A stretch of 64,000 bases of DNA from Octopus sinensis (Eukaryota). The stretch lies in assembly GCF_006345805.1 (NCBI RefSeq), contig NC_043002.1, forward strand, positions 79,484,001 through 79,548,000. The letters are read 5' to 3'. The position numbers and the translations under genes are program-made. A model generated the notes under the pieces. That model was given only the letters and a program-made list of their open reading frames with translations, did no database searches and had not been told where the DNA came from. Below, one piece after another: positions 40,554-53,053 of the stretch (position 1 is the first letter of the stretch; the number at the start of each line of letters is the position of its first letter).

Positions 40554-40588
<35 letters not shown>

Positions 40589-41685
40589 TATATATATATA
40601 CATAAGGAGAGAAAGAGAGAGAGAGAGAGAGAGACAGGGCTATATCCATACATAAATACGCGTACACATAAAATGATATATATCATAATATGTAATAATA
40701 ATTATATATGTAAAAATGTGTGTGTGTGAGTGTATGTATGTGTATGCATATATTAGTAATCTACATATGTACATATATGTATACATATGCACATTATATT
40801 GTATACATTCTATATATACATAAATACTATACATATGTGTATATATAGACACACGTATATCTTTATGTGTTTAGATGCATATTTATGCATATATACATAT
40901 ATTTATACGTATATGTACGCGAGTATGTACATGTGTGGGAACAAACCCCAAAGCAAATAATGTTATGTGTGTGTGTGTGTGTGTGTAAATATCCGTACAC
41001 AAGCGAACGGACGGATATACCGATGGATAAGCTGACGAAATGTGCAAGGCTACTCGCACGCTGTGTTATTTAGCTAAAATGCTATCAAAACGTCAGTAAT
41101 GCTCTGTGCTGATAATATTGAAATGTCATTCATTGAGATTTTCGCTTTCATTTCAGTATTCCTTATCTTTTACAGATCGAGCGGATTAATATTTGCATAG
41201 GTCCAACTATTACGGCTGAAAAGAGGGTTCTGTTTTAAAGATATGCTTAAATGGGCACGGTGTGCATAAACTCATGCATGCATACATACATGTGTGTACA
41301 TCTGGACACGAATATTTATGCACACATACACATGTACATGAATAGTTACATGATAGTCGATACAATATAGACGTATGTATGTCTCTGCGTGTGTATCTGA
41401 GTGTATATGTGTGCGTGTATGTGTGTGCATGTATGTATCTGTGTGTGTATATGTATGTGCACGCGTATGTGCATATGTATATTTGTGCACATGTATGTGC
41501 ATGCACATATACACACACATATATATATATCCATACATGTGTATATATACATGCATATATATATATATATATACATATATATGTATGTATATATATCTAA
41601 ATAATCGTATATATGTGTATGTTTGCTATAAAAGTGACACACGTGTGTACATATGTAAAAATACATACATACATGCATATATATA

Positions 41686-41753
<68 letters not shown>

Positions 41754-41860
41754 GTATATAGATGTATAGCTATATACATATATGCATACATACACGAGCG
41801 CGCGCACACTCATATGCTCAGAAACAAACACACACATACGCGTGTCGATGTATATATATA

Positions 41861-41904
<44 letters not shown>

Positions 41905-42231
41905 GTACATGTATGATTGTGAGTGTATTTGACCGTTGCACGAGCAATGAATGCATAATATAATGGTTGCCCCTGTGCGCGTGTTCCATTGAAAACACAA
42001 CTGCATTCTGTTTTACGATATTTTATTTTTAATTTCTCGTATATCCTTATCAGTGTCCTTTGTTGTGCACTGGGAGCATGGGAGTAACTCTTGATTCCTG
42101 TTCATTTGTAGCGTTGCTTCAAGGTCACGTGACCACGCCATTCGAATGCTCATTCATACAAAGAATAATTTTTTTCTCCTATTGGCTGTTTTCATATACA
42201 TACGTACATACATACATACTTACATACTTAC

Positions 42232-42393
<162 letters not shown>

Positions 42394-42443
42394 AATATAT
42401 ATAATGTATATATATATATGTATATAATATATATATATACATT

Positions 42444-42475
<32 letters not shown>

Positions 42476-42487
42476 AATATATATATA

Positions 42488-42532
<45 letters not shown>

Positions 42533-43200
42533 CATTTATATATATATATATATATTTATATACATTTATATATATATATATATATATATATCAATCTGTC
42601 TCTCTGTATATATGTGTGTGTGTGTGTTTGTTCTTTGTTCTCATCTTGACTGCGATTGATAAATATTGTATAAGAAGAATAGCATTAATGAAAACAATTT
42701 AATATTTTTATCCGAAAATCATTTTGTTTGTTATTTTATCATTGTTATCGCTGTTGGTGGAGTTGTTTTGTCCGAGGTCAACACCAGTCGAACAGAACTC
42801 TACGTTGAGTGTAATTTCAATTACGTCCATCTGGTCTTTACGACTACATTATCTAATGTGCTCTCACTATTTCTTTTCATAACATTATAATATATAGTTT
42901 GAGCTAAATTTCCTTGCAATTTCCAGCAGGTGAATCGACTATTTAGATACTCCCATGATGCGCTAGTGCATTACTACGAATTCCAGGATTAGGTAGATTC
43001 GTTCCTAGTGTATCTTATATATATAACTTGCTTCAAGGCTAATTTCTGGTGGAACAGAAGCTATCACGTTAAACTACACTACTGTAAAGCACAGGAATTC
43101 GTAACAATAAAACATAGCCAAAAATAATCACGCATTTCACCACACAGCTTATGACAAACACCACTGATAGAGAATGCAACGAGTACAAAGTGCGAAAGTA

Positions 43201-43728
43201 TTGGGTTGTCCGGAAAATTCGTGCCGATTTATAGTGGCTTACATTTCGACTTATTTCAGAACATGGTTGAGTCCATAAAATAGCATTTGACTACACCTCC
43301 ATTTAGAGCACAGTTTAAGCTATCTTTTCGTGGAAGAAGGTTTATGTTCCTATAATGGAAAATAAGAAAGATCATTTTCGGCACTTGGAACCAGGCAAAA
43401 GTTGCTGCAGCTCGGCTGGGATGAGTTACCTCACCCTCCATATTCACCAGATTTTGCTCCTTCAGATTTCCACTTATTCAGGTCTCTGCAGAATAGTCTT
43501 AATGGTAAATTTTCAATTCCTTGGATGACGTAAAAAGATACCTTGATGAATTATTTGCCATGAAATCACCTCAATTCTGGGAAGAGGGTATTTTCAAGTT
43601 AAAGGAAAGATGGAGACGCATTGTGCAACAAAATGATTCATATTTGGTTGATTAAAAATGTAATGGCAAGTATTTATTGACCTTTTTCTTTCCTTTAAAA
43701 ATCGGAACGAACTTTCCAGACAACCAAA
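43201..43728 (+). mobile_element. Internally deleted mariner with both TIRs and TA target duplication
   Basis: 30-bp TIRs 43201-43230 and 43699-43728 (26/30 match), TA on both sides; MENKKDHFRH (43355) joined to TRQKLLQLGWDELPHPPYSPDFAPSDFHLFRSLQNSLNGK..ERWRRIV..YLVD* (43655). Confidence 0.95.
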
Positions 43729-44026
43729 TAATTTAAGAGGAAACGAAATGTAGATTATCTACTTTCTAGGTTTAAACGTCAAACAATAGTCACAGTAAAG
43801 TTGATTATGTGTCAACAGGATTAATGATTAATTCATGTACTGAATAGCGGAAAGTTGTAATTAAATGCAGCTGAAAAATATTCACATACCAATGGAATTA
43901 CATAACTTACAAAATAGCTGATAATTTTAGATACGCATGTGTATGTTTGTGACTATGATTGTGTGAGTAGAACCTGTATTTGAAAGGGTTAAACGTGTGT
44001 ATATATATATACATATATATATATAC

Positions 44027-44214
44027 ATACATATGAGAGGGATGACCACCATGTAGACAACCCTTATGCTAGAAGTAGATCCGCTATGGTCTAACCACTA
44101 AAAAATGTTCTGAAGAAAATATTTTCTTGAGAATATTTCTTAGTGGTTAGACCATAGCGGATCTACTTCTAGCATAAGGGTTGTCCACATGGTGGTCATC
44201 CCTCCCATATGTAT
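44027..44214. repeat. 188-bp near-perfect palindrome (foldback, MITE-like)
   Basis: 94-bp arms centred at 44120/44121 with 5 mismatches and no spacer. Confidence 0.92.
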
Positions 44215-44337
44215 ATAATACAATTTACTGAACCTTCAGAATTTTAATATGATAGACCACTGGTGTTAAATTGATGTTAATTACATTGATATCCAATTTC
44301 TCACCCTCATTTTAAATTATATATATATATATATATA

Positions 44338-44387
<50 letters not shown>

Positions 44388-44594
44388 TGTGTGAGTGTGT
44401 ATTTACATATGTATATGTAACATAATGACAATCTGGGACAAGCACGAAGGCTCAAGCACTCACACAAACACACACACACGTATGCGTGGGCGCGCACAAA
44501 CATACACACAAACACATACGTATATAAGTTAAGGGAACTAAATCATGTGCATGGAGTCTAATCCGTTTGTTATATTACCGCCCGATTATATTCA

Positions 44595-44630
<36 letters not shown>

Positions 44631-44652
44631 GTGTGTGTGTGTGTGTGTGTGT

Positions 44653-44693
<41 letters not shown>

Positions 44694-44770
44694 GTGTGTG
44701 TGGTGTGCGTCAGTGTATGTATGAATATTTATTTATATCAATGACGGATGGTGTAAAGTCGCTTATTTAA

Positions 44771-45183
44771 TTACTCTTTTACTCTTTTACCTGTTTCAGT
44801 TATTTGACTGCGGCCATGCTGGAGCAACTCCTTTAGTCGAGCAAATCGACCCCAGGACTTATTCTTTGTAAGCCTAGTACTTATCATATGGGTCTCTTTT
44901 GCCGAACCGCTAAGTTACGGGGATACAAACACACCAGCATCGGTTGTCAAGCGATGTTGGGGTACAAATACAGACACACAAATATATACACACACGTACG
45001 GATATATATTTACATATATACGAGGGGCTTGTTTCAGTTTCCGTCTACCAAATCCCCTCACAAGGCTTTGGTCGGCCCGATGCTATAGTAGAAGACACTC
45101 GCCCAAGGTGCCACGCAGGGGGAATGAACCAGGAACCATGTGGTTGGGAGGCAAGTCACTTACCACACAGACACTCCTACGCC
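44771..45183 (-). mobile_element. Full-length SINE family A
   Basis: Reverse complement of the 18241 copy along its whole length. Confidence 0.9.
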
Positions 45184-45559
45184 TATTAATTAGCGTAGAT
45201 TACTAAACAACTGTCAAATAATTTGAACATCACCAAGAACCGTCCTTCTTATATGGAAACAGCAAATTGCAAGCTTGTTGTTGCGTGAAAACCTTTGGAA
45301 CAGAAACAACTGAAGAAAGTTCCTAAAGAAATAGCCATGAGGGCTGAGACCAGACCAAGATTAGTTGTTATTGACAAGATACCAATGATGGAAAGCTCCT
45401 ATCTCTCTCAGAAGAAGCGTGCAGGCTGATGGGCGAAGATGCCTAAATGTTTCTAGCAATGCGATTGTATTCTTTAGCGTTAGGAGATAAAAGCTTACGA
45501 CATCTTTAAGCAGCTTTTTCAGTTTCTACTTGAGGCAAAGCATCTTTGAAATCTTTCCC

Positions 45560-45900
45560 CGTATCCTATGCCAGTTCGTCGTCACCATTTATCGTATGCC
45601 TGCAGCGCATTGATTTATTTAACGATGAAAATCTTCCCGATTAATTGCGATTTCTCGAGCTACCTTGCTACTGTTGTCCAACAAGCAAGAAATTGGCATG
45701 GTGACTGAGACCAAAAGAAAATGGGTTGTGGTTGACATGAGACAAATGATGGACATCTATCCTTCTCAATAGAAGCGTGCAGGCTAATGGGCGAATTCTT
45801 GAGCTACCTTGCCACGCTTGTCCAACCAGCTCGTGATATTGTTCCACCACTGCTTTCTTTGATTGCCCTCTTGATCTACTATTTTCTGCTTTTCATTGTA
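45560..45900 (-). mobile_element. Possible RTE LINE C-terminal debris with local duplication
   Basis: GNQRKQWWNNITSW and IAINREDFHR resemble the RTE C-terminus; agaagcgtgcaggct(g/a)atgggcgaa occurs twice (about 45413 and 45772). Confidence 0.3.
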
Positions 45901-46261
45901 GGTCTTCATTCTGTAAGTTTTTCAAATCTCTACTTTTTCAAATATCGATATAACAGATGAGTTTTTTTTTTTTGCTTTTTGTTCACAGTCTTCAAGAGTT
46001 GTTGTCATTCACCTACTTCAAGTAACACCCATTCATTTGTCCGACGGTGCTTTGAAGGGATTTATAGCATTCTTCTATACACCCACATTTATTGTATATG
46101 TCAGTTACCATATATAATAAACCATTTATAATTCTTTGTGTGGCACACCATATACCATATATCATAGATCACATATCATATACAATATAGTATATATCAT
46201 GCGGTATATGATATTTAGACACTATGAGTTGTATACCTTTTACCTCATACGATATATCATA

Positions 46262-46350
46262 AGGCGTGGCTAAGTGGTTAAAGCATTCGGCTTAGGATCG
46301 TAAGGTCGCAAGTTCGATTGCTAACAGCACGTTGTGTATCAGAACAACAT
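46262..46350 (+). mobile_element. SINE family B head only
   Basis: ggcgtggctaagtggttaaagc..gcaagttcgatt. Confidence 0.65.
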
Positions 46351-46359
46351 TTGAGCATA

Positions 46360-46430
46360 GGCGCAGGAGTGGCTGTGTCGTAAGTAGCTTGCTTACCAAC
46401 CACATGGTTCTGGGTTCAGTCCCACTGCGT
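46360..46430 (+). mobile_element. SINE family A head only
   Basis: ggcgcaggagtggctgtgtcgtaagtagcttgcttaccaaccacatggttctgggttcagtcccactgcgt. Confidence 0.85.
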
Positions 46431-46599
46431 CACTTCCATCTTTTGATAAGTAACACGCTACTCCACTCGGATTAACACCACCAGCTGCTCCTTGGATTCA
46501 TGGTACCTATGTATCATCTCTCATAAAATGATCGTTACGTAACAATACCATTGTGCGGATGGCATAGGAGTCGTTTACACTACTCAGCCATTCATGACT

Positions 46600-46850
46600 T
46601 TTGTAGATAAATTTCTGAAACAAATGGCGCCATCTATTCTTAGGTGTGACACACTACTTTTCATAATTTAACACCAGCACGTGATGTTTGGGTACTTTCA
46701 TTGGCAGTCTCTTTGGAGCAAATCTCCGGCTTCCACTCTGAGGGTCACATTGAATACGTGATTCCTTCCATCTGTCTTACCATACCGATGCTGGAATACC
46801 TTGAATCAATGCCATAGTAGACTGTCCTTTATTCTCTAACTAATCTATGT
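46600..46850 (-). mobile_element. RTE LINE ORF2 C-terminal remnant
   Basis: ..RWKESRI..GSRRFAPKRL..KNRWRHLFQK, with stops. Confidence 0.45.
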
Positions 46851-46963
46851 GAAACGGTTCTTAGGAGTAACATTATTACCGTGGAGGTAAGTGTAGTTGG
46901 AGTTATTGTTGATATCATTGTGATTGTTATATTTAGACCTAGGTTAAACCTGATCTATTTCAA

Positions 46964-47237
46964 GGCGCGGAACTTACGGCCGTAAGGTTGTGAGTTCGAT
47001 ACCTGGTGGTACGTTGTGTCCTGGAGCAAGACACTTTATTTCACATTGCTTCTGTTCACTTAGCTGAAAAAAAAATGAGTTGTACCTGTAATTTAAAGGG
47101 CCAGTCTTGTCACATTCCGTATGGGACTGAATTTCCCTGTGAACTACGTTAAGAGTACACGTGTCTATGGAGTGCTCAGCCACTTGCACGTTAATTTCAC
47201 GAGCCGGCTGTTCCGTTGATCAGATTAACTGGAACAA
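46964..47237 (+). mobile_element. SINE family B (body variant 2)
   Basis: gtgagttcgatacc..gagcaagacac..aaagggccagtcttgtcac..cagccacttgcacgtt..ggctgttccgttgatc. Confidence 0.85.
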
Positions 47238-47782
47238 ACATTTGATAACTGGAGTATTAGTAAACCTGATTTACTAAATCTATGATCGAAACAATTGTTG
47301 GTGCAGTTATCGCCCTTTATGTGTTTTAGAACTAAATCATCTTACTTAACTTAACTGCGCTCTTCTCTTTGTTAAGATGATAGAATGAAATTTTAGGTTG
47401 GTCAGACAGCTATTTCAAGCAGGTTAGCGATTATGCCGATCAGTTAGGGGTAACCTGCAGCCGTGGTTCGTAATGCGATCGGTGACACTTTTTGAAGGGC
47501 ACCCCTAACGAAGAGCTAACCTGAAATTTTTTAGCAGTACGTCCCGCCTGATGATGATGTGTGTATGTCACATGCGGCCTGCTTCTCGAAAACTTGTTGC
47601 CTGTGCCTGATGTAGGTGCATCACCTTTGGCTCCTGTTCAAGTTAGTGTTGTTCATTGTTGGAGGACAGTGTTTAACTGACGAGTGCTAAACTTAAATCC
47701 TCCCATTGGTTAGGCATGTGTTCCAGACAAGAAGTTTTGAATCATCAATAACAGCAGCAACAACAACAGCAGAAACAGCATT

Positions 47783-47828
<46 letters not shown>

Positions 47829-48174
47829 GCATCAGCATCAGCAGCAACAACAAGAAAAAGAGCAGCAAGGCAGCAACAGTACGGCTTAGAGGCTTTCTCT
47901 AAATTTACGACACTGTTTAATATGCGAGATATGAAAACTCGTGGCTAAGCTTCTCACCTCCGGAGTGAAATATGCTTTTAGTTAATAACCTCAGTTTATG
48001 TAATACTTCTAAAGAAAAAAAATGGGTGGATGGGAGGTTTCCGCCCTGTTTGATCCCGAAAGAACCGTGGAAGTCATAAATACTTATGCGGCTTTTAGGA
48101 TCACGGAGAAGCGGGGTTTAAACATCAAAAGACTTATCTTTCTAAACACGTAAATTTCATTATTTCAAAGAAAT

Positions 48175-48212
48175 ATGAATTATTATTTCATTCTTGCTCT
48201 CCTTCTTTCTCT

Positions 48213-48247
<35 letters not shown>

Positions 48248-49020
48248 CCATCTCTCTCTCACACCATCTCCCTTTCACTCCCTCTCTCTCTTACTTTCTC
48301 TACCTCCTACATTCCTACATTCCCAATCTCACATTACATCTCTGTAGCTTTCTATTTTTTCGTGCTTGCTTTAGCTCCTTGCCACTTTCTCTCTCGCTGC
48401 TATTCTCTCCTTTATGCTCGTTGACTTCCCCCATCTCCCATCATTGCTCTCTAAAACCTCACTCCTTTTTTCTCCTTTTTATCTCTTCGCTTCCATAGTT
48501 CTTGCTTGGTACGTCTCAACCTCATTCTTACAGTCTCACTCTCTCACTCACTCACTCCTGATAAATCTTTTACTCCCTTATATCCTAGCTCAAGTTGTCT
48601 CTTACATTCTTCCAAATGCATCCCCATCTCTCTCCCTTCTCTCTCTATTGCTAACTAAATCCCTCTCTATATTACTTTCATTTCTTCTTTAGTTTTGAGT
48701 ACTTCTCATAATCTTTCCCTTCATTTCTCTTTATCTCCTCACCCCACTCCCTCTCAAACATACACTTTCTCTCTATCACAGACTAAATTTCCCCTTAACC
48801 CTAACTCTCGCATTACAGCTTTCGCGCAATATAACTTTCACTTTCGGTTTCTTCCTCCTTCGCAGTAATTTCTTGCCGTTCACCTCTTCCCGCACCTCCT
48901 CGTTTATTTTACTATCAGTCACAGTTGTCTGGTTTTCCTCTCGGTCTTTCTCCTTCATTTTCATCTCCTTGTCCTATTCCCCTTTTATGTTATATTACGT
49001 AAATCATTACTTAAAACATT
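48175..49020. repeat. Long polypyrimidine (CT-rich) low-complexity tract
   Basis: Direct reading; similar tracts at 20800-21220 (purine-rich on +) and 60100-60830. Confidence 0.7.
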
Positions 49021-49065
49021 TTCTCACCCTGTATATATATACATATATATATAATATATATACAT

Positions 49066-49116
<51 letters not shown>

Positions 49117-49652
49117 TATATATATATAGATATATATATATATATATATAGACCTAGCACACACAACTTCAAATTCTTTCTCTCTTATCTCACTCTCCTC
49201 TCACTCTCGCTTTCAACATACACAGACACATATTTATGTACGTAAGTATATGCACACAGACACGTATACATGTGTGTGTGTGTGTGTACATATAGATATA
49301 TATATGTATATATATGCATATATAAATATACATACATCCGTACATTCATGCACACATACATATACATATATAATGTAAACACGCAGATCTCAGCGGCATG
49401 TCGTTTCAAATCTGCCCCCGCTTTGAAATATTTAATATTACAGATGTTTAAATACAAACGTACGTAGTAAATTGCTATTGCTGTGGCACATACAAAAGTT
49501 GATCATAAATATATTCATACTATTGCGTATTCACACCAGCAATGACGACATTAACATCCTATATTTCTCTCTATTACTCATATTTCCCTTTGCTCCTTGT
49601 GTATATAGGCATGCATGTAATTATGTGTAAGTATGTGTGCACCTACGTATAT

Positions 49653-49683
<31 letters not shown>

Positions 49684-50020
49684 CATACATACATATATAG
49701 ATATATACGCACACAAATACATACATACATACATACATACATACAAACATACTTAAATATAGGAGCAGCAGAGTGACGGAGTGGTTTAGAAGTTCGCTTC
49801 GTAACTGCGAGATCCCGGAATCGATCTCCCTATGAAGCATATAATTCTTTTCTGAGCGAAATTATTGGCATAGGTGGAAACTGTGTTGAAGACTTAATGC
49901 GCTATGTCACGGTGATTGTTGTGCCTGAGAATATATTATTTCTGAAACACTCACTTAATTATCCGTTAATTGAAGCAGGTAGTTTGGTTGTTGATATATA
50001 TATAATAAATATATATATAT

Positions 50021-50066
<46 letters not shown>

Positions 50067-50261
50067 ACAATATGTTACCTTACTCGGTAGTAACATATGT
50101 ATAGATAAATTTCCTCTATTTACATAATATTGAGGTCTCTTCTTTCTTTTGTATTATCTTACCGTTTTAAATCAATATATATATAATAATATATATATAT
50201 TATATAGATATATATATATATACATATATATATTTATTTATTTATATATGTATGCATGTAT

Positions 50262-50402
50262 ATGTGTGGCTGTGTGTTAAAAGCTCAATTCTCAACCACA
50301 TGGTTCCGGGTTCAATCCCACTGCGTGGCACCTTGGGTAAATGTCTCCTACTATAACCTTGGGCCGACCAAATCCCTGTGAGTGGATTTGGTAGACGGAA
50401 AG
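50262..50402 (+). mobile_element. SINE family A 5' half
   Basis: gtggctgtgtgttaaaagc..ggttccgggttcaatcccactgcgtggcaccttggg..ggatttggtagacggaaa. Confidence 0.85.
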
Positions 50403-51138
50403 GGCAATTCAGTTTTGATTCCTGGCAACGGCCAAGTATGTTCATGTTTCGATCTATTAGACGTCTTCAGCATTTATAGTTTTAATGATCCTGTCGATCA
50501 GTTGATAGTAATTCTTGAATATAGAAAGGGAATTACAAATAATTTTTGACTAGTTTAATTTGCATAATAAGAAAAAAATATAAAACTAATCAGAGGAAAT
50601 AACTCATCGGGGCTCATGGCATATATTTGCATAAATTTAAATATGGATTTAAATATATTTAACAGTAATGTACTAATTGCCGTACGTGAAAATGTTGTAA
50701 ATAGTAATTAACCATTTATTCTGAGAATGAAACCAAAAAATTAACGTCAGTTTATTCATCACCAGTGAAGAAGTATTCATAATGTTTTACTTTATGTTTA
50801 GTATTTTTACTGAAAGTTTACGCGCTGTTATTTAGACGCTAATTAAATTCTTGCGATTGTACTCTTTTGACTGTCATATGAATACACACACACACACACA
50901 CAGAGCGCACGCGCGCAAACACACATACACACACACCTGACGTCTTAAAATTGTAAAATGGTCTAGATTATTAACTTTAAACTAGTGTATTGTGTATGTA
51001 TGTATGATTATATTCGTGCGTGTATGTACTGATACGTATATACATACATACATACATGCATACAAACAGACAGACATACATGCACGCATACATATATAGA
51101 TATAATATATATATATATATATTAACATTATATATATA

Positions 51139-51276
51139 GGCGCGGAGTAATTGTGTGGTTTCGGGTTCAGTCCCACTGCTGCGTGCACCTTGGGCAAGTG
51201 TCTTCTTACAATAGCCTTGGACTGACCAAAGCCTTGTGAGTGGATTTGGTAGACCGAAACTGAAAAAGAAGCCCGT

Positions 51277-51280
<4 letters not shown>
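51139..51280 (+). mobile_element. SINE family A 5' half, deleted
   Basis: ggcgcggagt..gggttcagtcccac..gggcaagtgtcttc..gagtggatttggtagac. Confidence 0.8.
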
Positions 51281-51312
<32 letters not shown>

Positions 51313-51344
51313 TATATATATATATATATTTGGTGTTGTGTGTG

Positions 51345-51375
<31 letters not shown>

Positions 51376-51404
51376 CATATATCTATATATATATATATAT
51401 ATCA

Positions 51405-51674
51405 CGTGAACGTGACCGACCAGACTATCCGATGTTGCTACACATTGCTGGTCACAATGCACTTCGCATTGTTTTATCCTTCAAATGACGCCACCCCGCT
51501 GACTAAGCGAGCAGGCCAACATAAGAGTGAGAGAAATTGTGGCGAAAGAGTAACACAGGGATCACCTCGTGGAGAATTATGTGTTTTCGTTTCGCTCAAT
51601 AACAACTCACAACGCCCGGTCTGGGAATCGAAACCGCGATCCTACGACCGCGAATCCCGCCTGCCCTAACCACT
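51405..51674 (-). mobile_element. tRNA-headed SINE family D, head cut by the assembly gap
   Basis: Minus strand agtggttagggcagg..ggtttcgattcccagacc followed by a distinct body. Confidence 0.65.
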
Positions 51675-51774
51675 NNNNNNNNNNNNNNNNNNNNNNNNNN
51701 NNNNNNNNNNNNNNNNNNNNNNNNNNNNNNNNNNNNNNNNNNNNNNNNNNNNNNNNNNNNNNNNNNNNNNNNNN
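51675..51774. other. Assembly gap (100 N)
   Basis: Run of N. Confidence 1.
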
Positions 51775-51806
51775 TATAATACCTATTACTTAATATTTTC
51801 TCGCAC

Positions 51807-51851
51807 CGTCTCTGATGAAGAAACATATAAAATATCCCGGAAACAGCTTTA
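51807..51851 (+). mobile_element. Penelope-like terminal fragment with decayed minimal hammerhead
   Basis: CUGAUGA 51812-18..GAAAC-AGCU-(U)UA; the palindromic tetraloop is typical of PLE hammerheads, but the stems are broken. Confidence 0.45.
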
Positions 51852-52015
51852 TAAATGTTCTGAAAACTTACACAGCCTTGGATTTTTTATCGCATTCTAT
51901 TAATATATATGTGTGTGTGTATATATATATATACACATACGCACACACACACACACATATATATATATGCATATACATACACACACACACATATATATAA
52001 ATATATATATATATA

Positions 52016-53019
52016 TCTATATATATAAAACTGTAGTTGTGCGAGTGTCTGTCCCCTTCGATTTAGATTCCTAACTACTCCCACATTTTGCGGTGCAGTT
52101 TAACCAAATTCGGGTATCTTATAGTCGTGATTCATATCGAGCCCGGCTGGTTATTAGCGCGAGTCTACGATGAGTCTACGATTTTAAAAATAATTTAACA
52201 TCAGTTTTTATTCCATTTTAATGCATAATTTTTCGTGTGTCGATGGCGGCGGAATTGGCGTCCACGCTCACACCTGTGTTGCTTCTCCCCCTTCTTTCCT
52301 CCCTCCTGAAGCTGTGGGGAAGGGAGTGTAAGGAAATCAACGTCGTAATGCGTTGTCAAGTAGACCAGCGTTCTTTTAGAACAACGACTTCATGGCTTGA
52401 AGTCGCCAAAACAGAAATCGCTAAAAAAGCTGAAACAGATCCACAAAAACGGCAATTACCGCCACACAGGGTAGGTTTCCTGTGCAAACAATTTGCACAA
52501 CCGAATGTTTTAGTTGTTGCACAAATCTTTATATATAAAAGTGAAGTGTGTGTCTGTCTCTACGATTTAGATTCCTAACCTACTCCCACATTTTGCGGTG
52601 CAGTTTAACCAAAACCGGTATCTTATAGTCGTGATTCATATCGAGCCCTTCTGGGTATTAGCGCGCGTCTACGATGAGTCTACGCTTTAAAAAAAAAAAT
52701 TACCATCATTTTTTATCCATTTTAATGCATTTTTCGCTATTATATAAGGGAAGTAACTCTCTAAAAATGTCTACGATGAGTCAACGATTAAAAAAAAATT
52801 ACCATCATTTTTTATTCCATTTTAATGCATTTTTCGCTATTATATAAGGGAAGTAACTCTCTAAAAATGTCTACGATGAGTCAACGATTAAAAAAAAAAT
52901 ACCATCATTTTTTATTCCATTTTTAATGCATTTTTTGCTATATTTTTGCTATAACTCACTAAAAATGCTTATATAGTTATTTCCCTTACAAACCCGAGCA
53001 ACGCCAGGCGATACTGCTA

Positions 53020-53020
<1 letters not shown>
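52016..53020 (+). mobile_element. Non-autonomous Helitron (composite, two 5' ends)
   Basis: A|TCTATATATATAAAAC 5' end; 3' GC-rich hairpin cccgagcaacgccagg then CTAG|T; second TC start at 52526; three copies of an about 100-bp unit at 52667-52965. Confidence 0.85.

Positions 53021-53053
<33 letters not shown>

Noticed and set aside
46262-46320. tRNA-like sequences (also 3950-4018, 34819-34880, 49765-49830)
   Set aside because: They have A/B boxes but no complete cloverleaf or acceptor stem, and most continue into SINE bodies
47545-47605. CUGAUGA...GAAA spacing suggestive of a hammerhead
   Set aside because: Stem II does not close next to the core, and stems I and III do not pair
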